This document shows positions 63,332-64,000 of a stretch of 64,000 nucleotides of DNA, in pieces. Position 1 is the stretch's first letter. Every line of letters starts with the position of its first letter. Origin of the DNA: Octopus sinensis (taxonomy: Eukaryota); NCBI RefSeq assembly GCF_006345805.1, contig NC_043011.1, forward strand, positions 59,718,464 through 59,782,463. The letters run 5' to 3'. Position numbers and translations under genes: made by a program. The notes below the pieces were generated by a model. That model did not search any database and was not told the DNA's origin. It saw nothing but the letters and a program-made list of their open reading frames with translations.

Positions 63332-63747
63332 GTATGTATGTATGTATGTATCTATGTATCTATGTATGTATGTATGTAAGTATGTATGTATGTAAGTATG
63401 TATGTATGTATGTATGTAAGTATGTATGTATGTAAGTATGTATGTATATATGTTTTACATATCAAGCCCAAACGTGTTTATTTGTCTCGTTATCTCTGTA
63501 TCAGCTCACCCGGATTTCCCTTGTAGTGACTCTTTACCCCGCAGACTTTATCTTTGATAAAGACTTCGGAGTCTAAGTTCAAATCATTTGAGGCATGCTA
63601 CTGAGTGTTTTCTATATTGAGCAACCGTAGTTTTCACCTGCTGACTACACACACGCACACACACACACACATACATACACACATACACACACACACACAC
63701 ATATATATGCACTCGCACATATACACACACACATACATATATATATA

Positions 63748-64000
63748 TGAGTGGCTGTGTGATAAGTAGCTTGCTTACCAACCACATGGTCCCGGGTTCA
63801 CTCCCACTTGGGCAAATGTCTTCTACTATAGCCTCGGGTCGGCCAAAGCCTTGTGGGTGGATCTGGTAGACGGAAACTGAAAGAAACCCGTCGTATATAT
63901 GTATGTATATATATATATATGTATGTGTGCGTATATGTTTGTGTGTCTGTGTTTGTCCCCCAATATCGCTTGGCAACCGATGATGGTGTGTTTACGTCCC
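63748..64000 (+). mobile_element. SINE family B, runs off the window end
   Basis: GAGTGGCTGTGTGATAAG..GGAAACTGAAAGAAACCCGTCG..GTTTACGTCCC. Confidence 0.9.

Overview
A 64 kb AT-rich eukaryotic window that is very dense in microsatellites and repeats. The repeat content looks like an octopus or coleoid cephalopod (inference). I found no confident host protein-coding exon; almost all ORFs in the supplied track are (CA/TA/CATA/AAT/GAT)n translation artefacts. Recognisable content: at least four abundant tRNA-headed SINE families (my labels A, B, C, F); a near-complete but frameshifted DD37E Tc1-like transposon (60309-61836); mariner/ITm remnants; RTE, CR1/L2-like and Tx1-like LINE 3' remnants; hAT, pogo-like and piggyBac-like MITEs; and one 100-N gap. 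The main unexplained signal, read by eye on both strands, is about a dozen minimal type I hammerhead-ribozyme (HHR) motifs from several unrelated short repeat families. They follow CUGANGA / helix II / GAAA / palindromic helix III / UH / helix I, the architecture known from Penelope-like retroelements. Three sit in divergent head-to-head inverted pairs. One family (D, 43150-43650) joins a tRNA-like pol III head to such a ribozyme, so it is a candidate hammerhead-bearing SINE. Most individual copies are degenerate and catalytic activity is untested.
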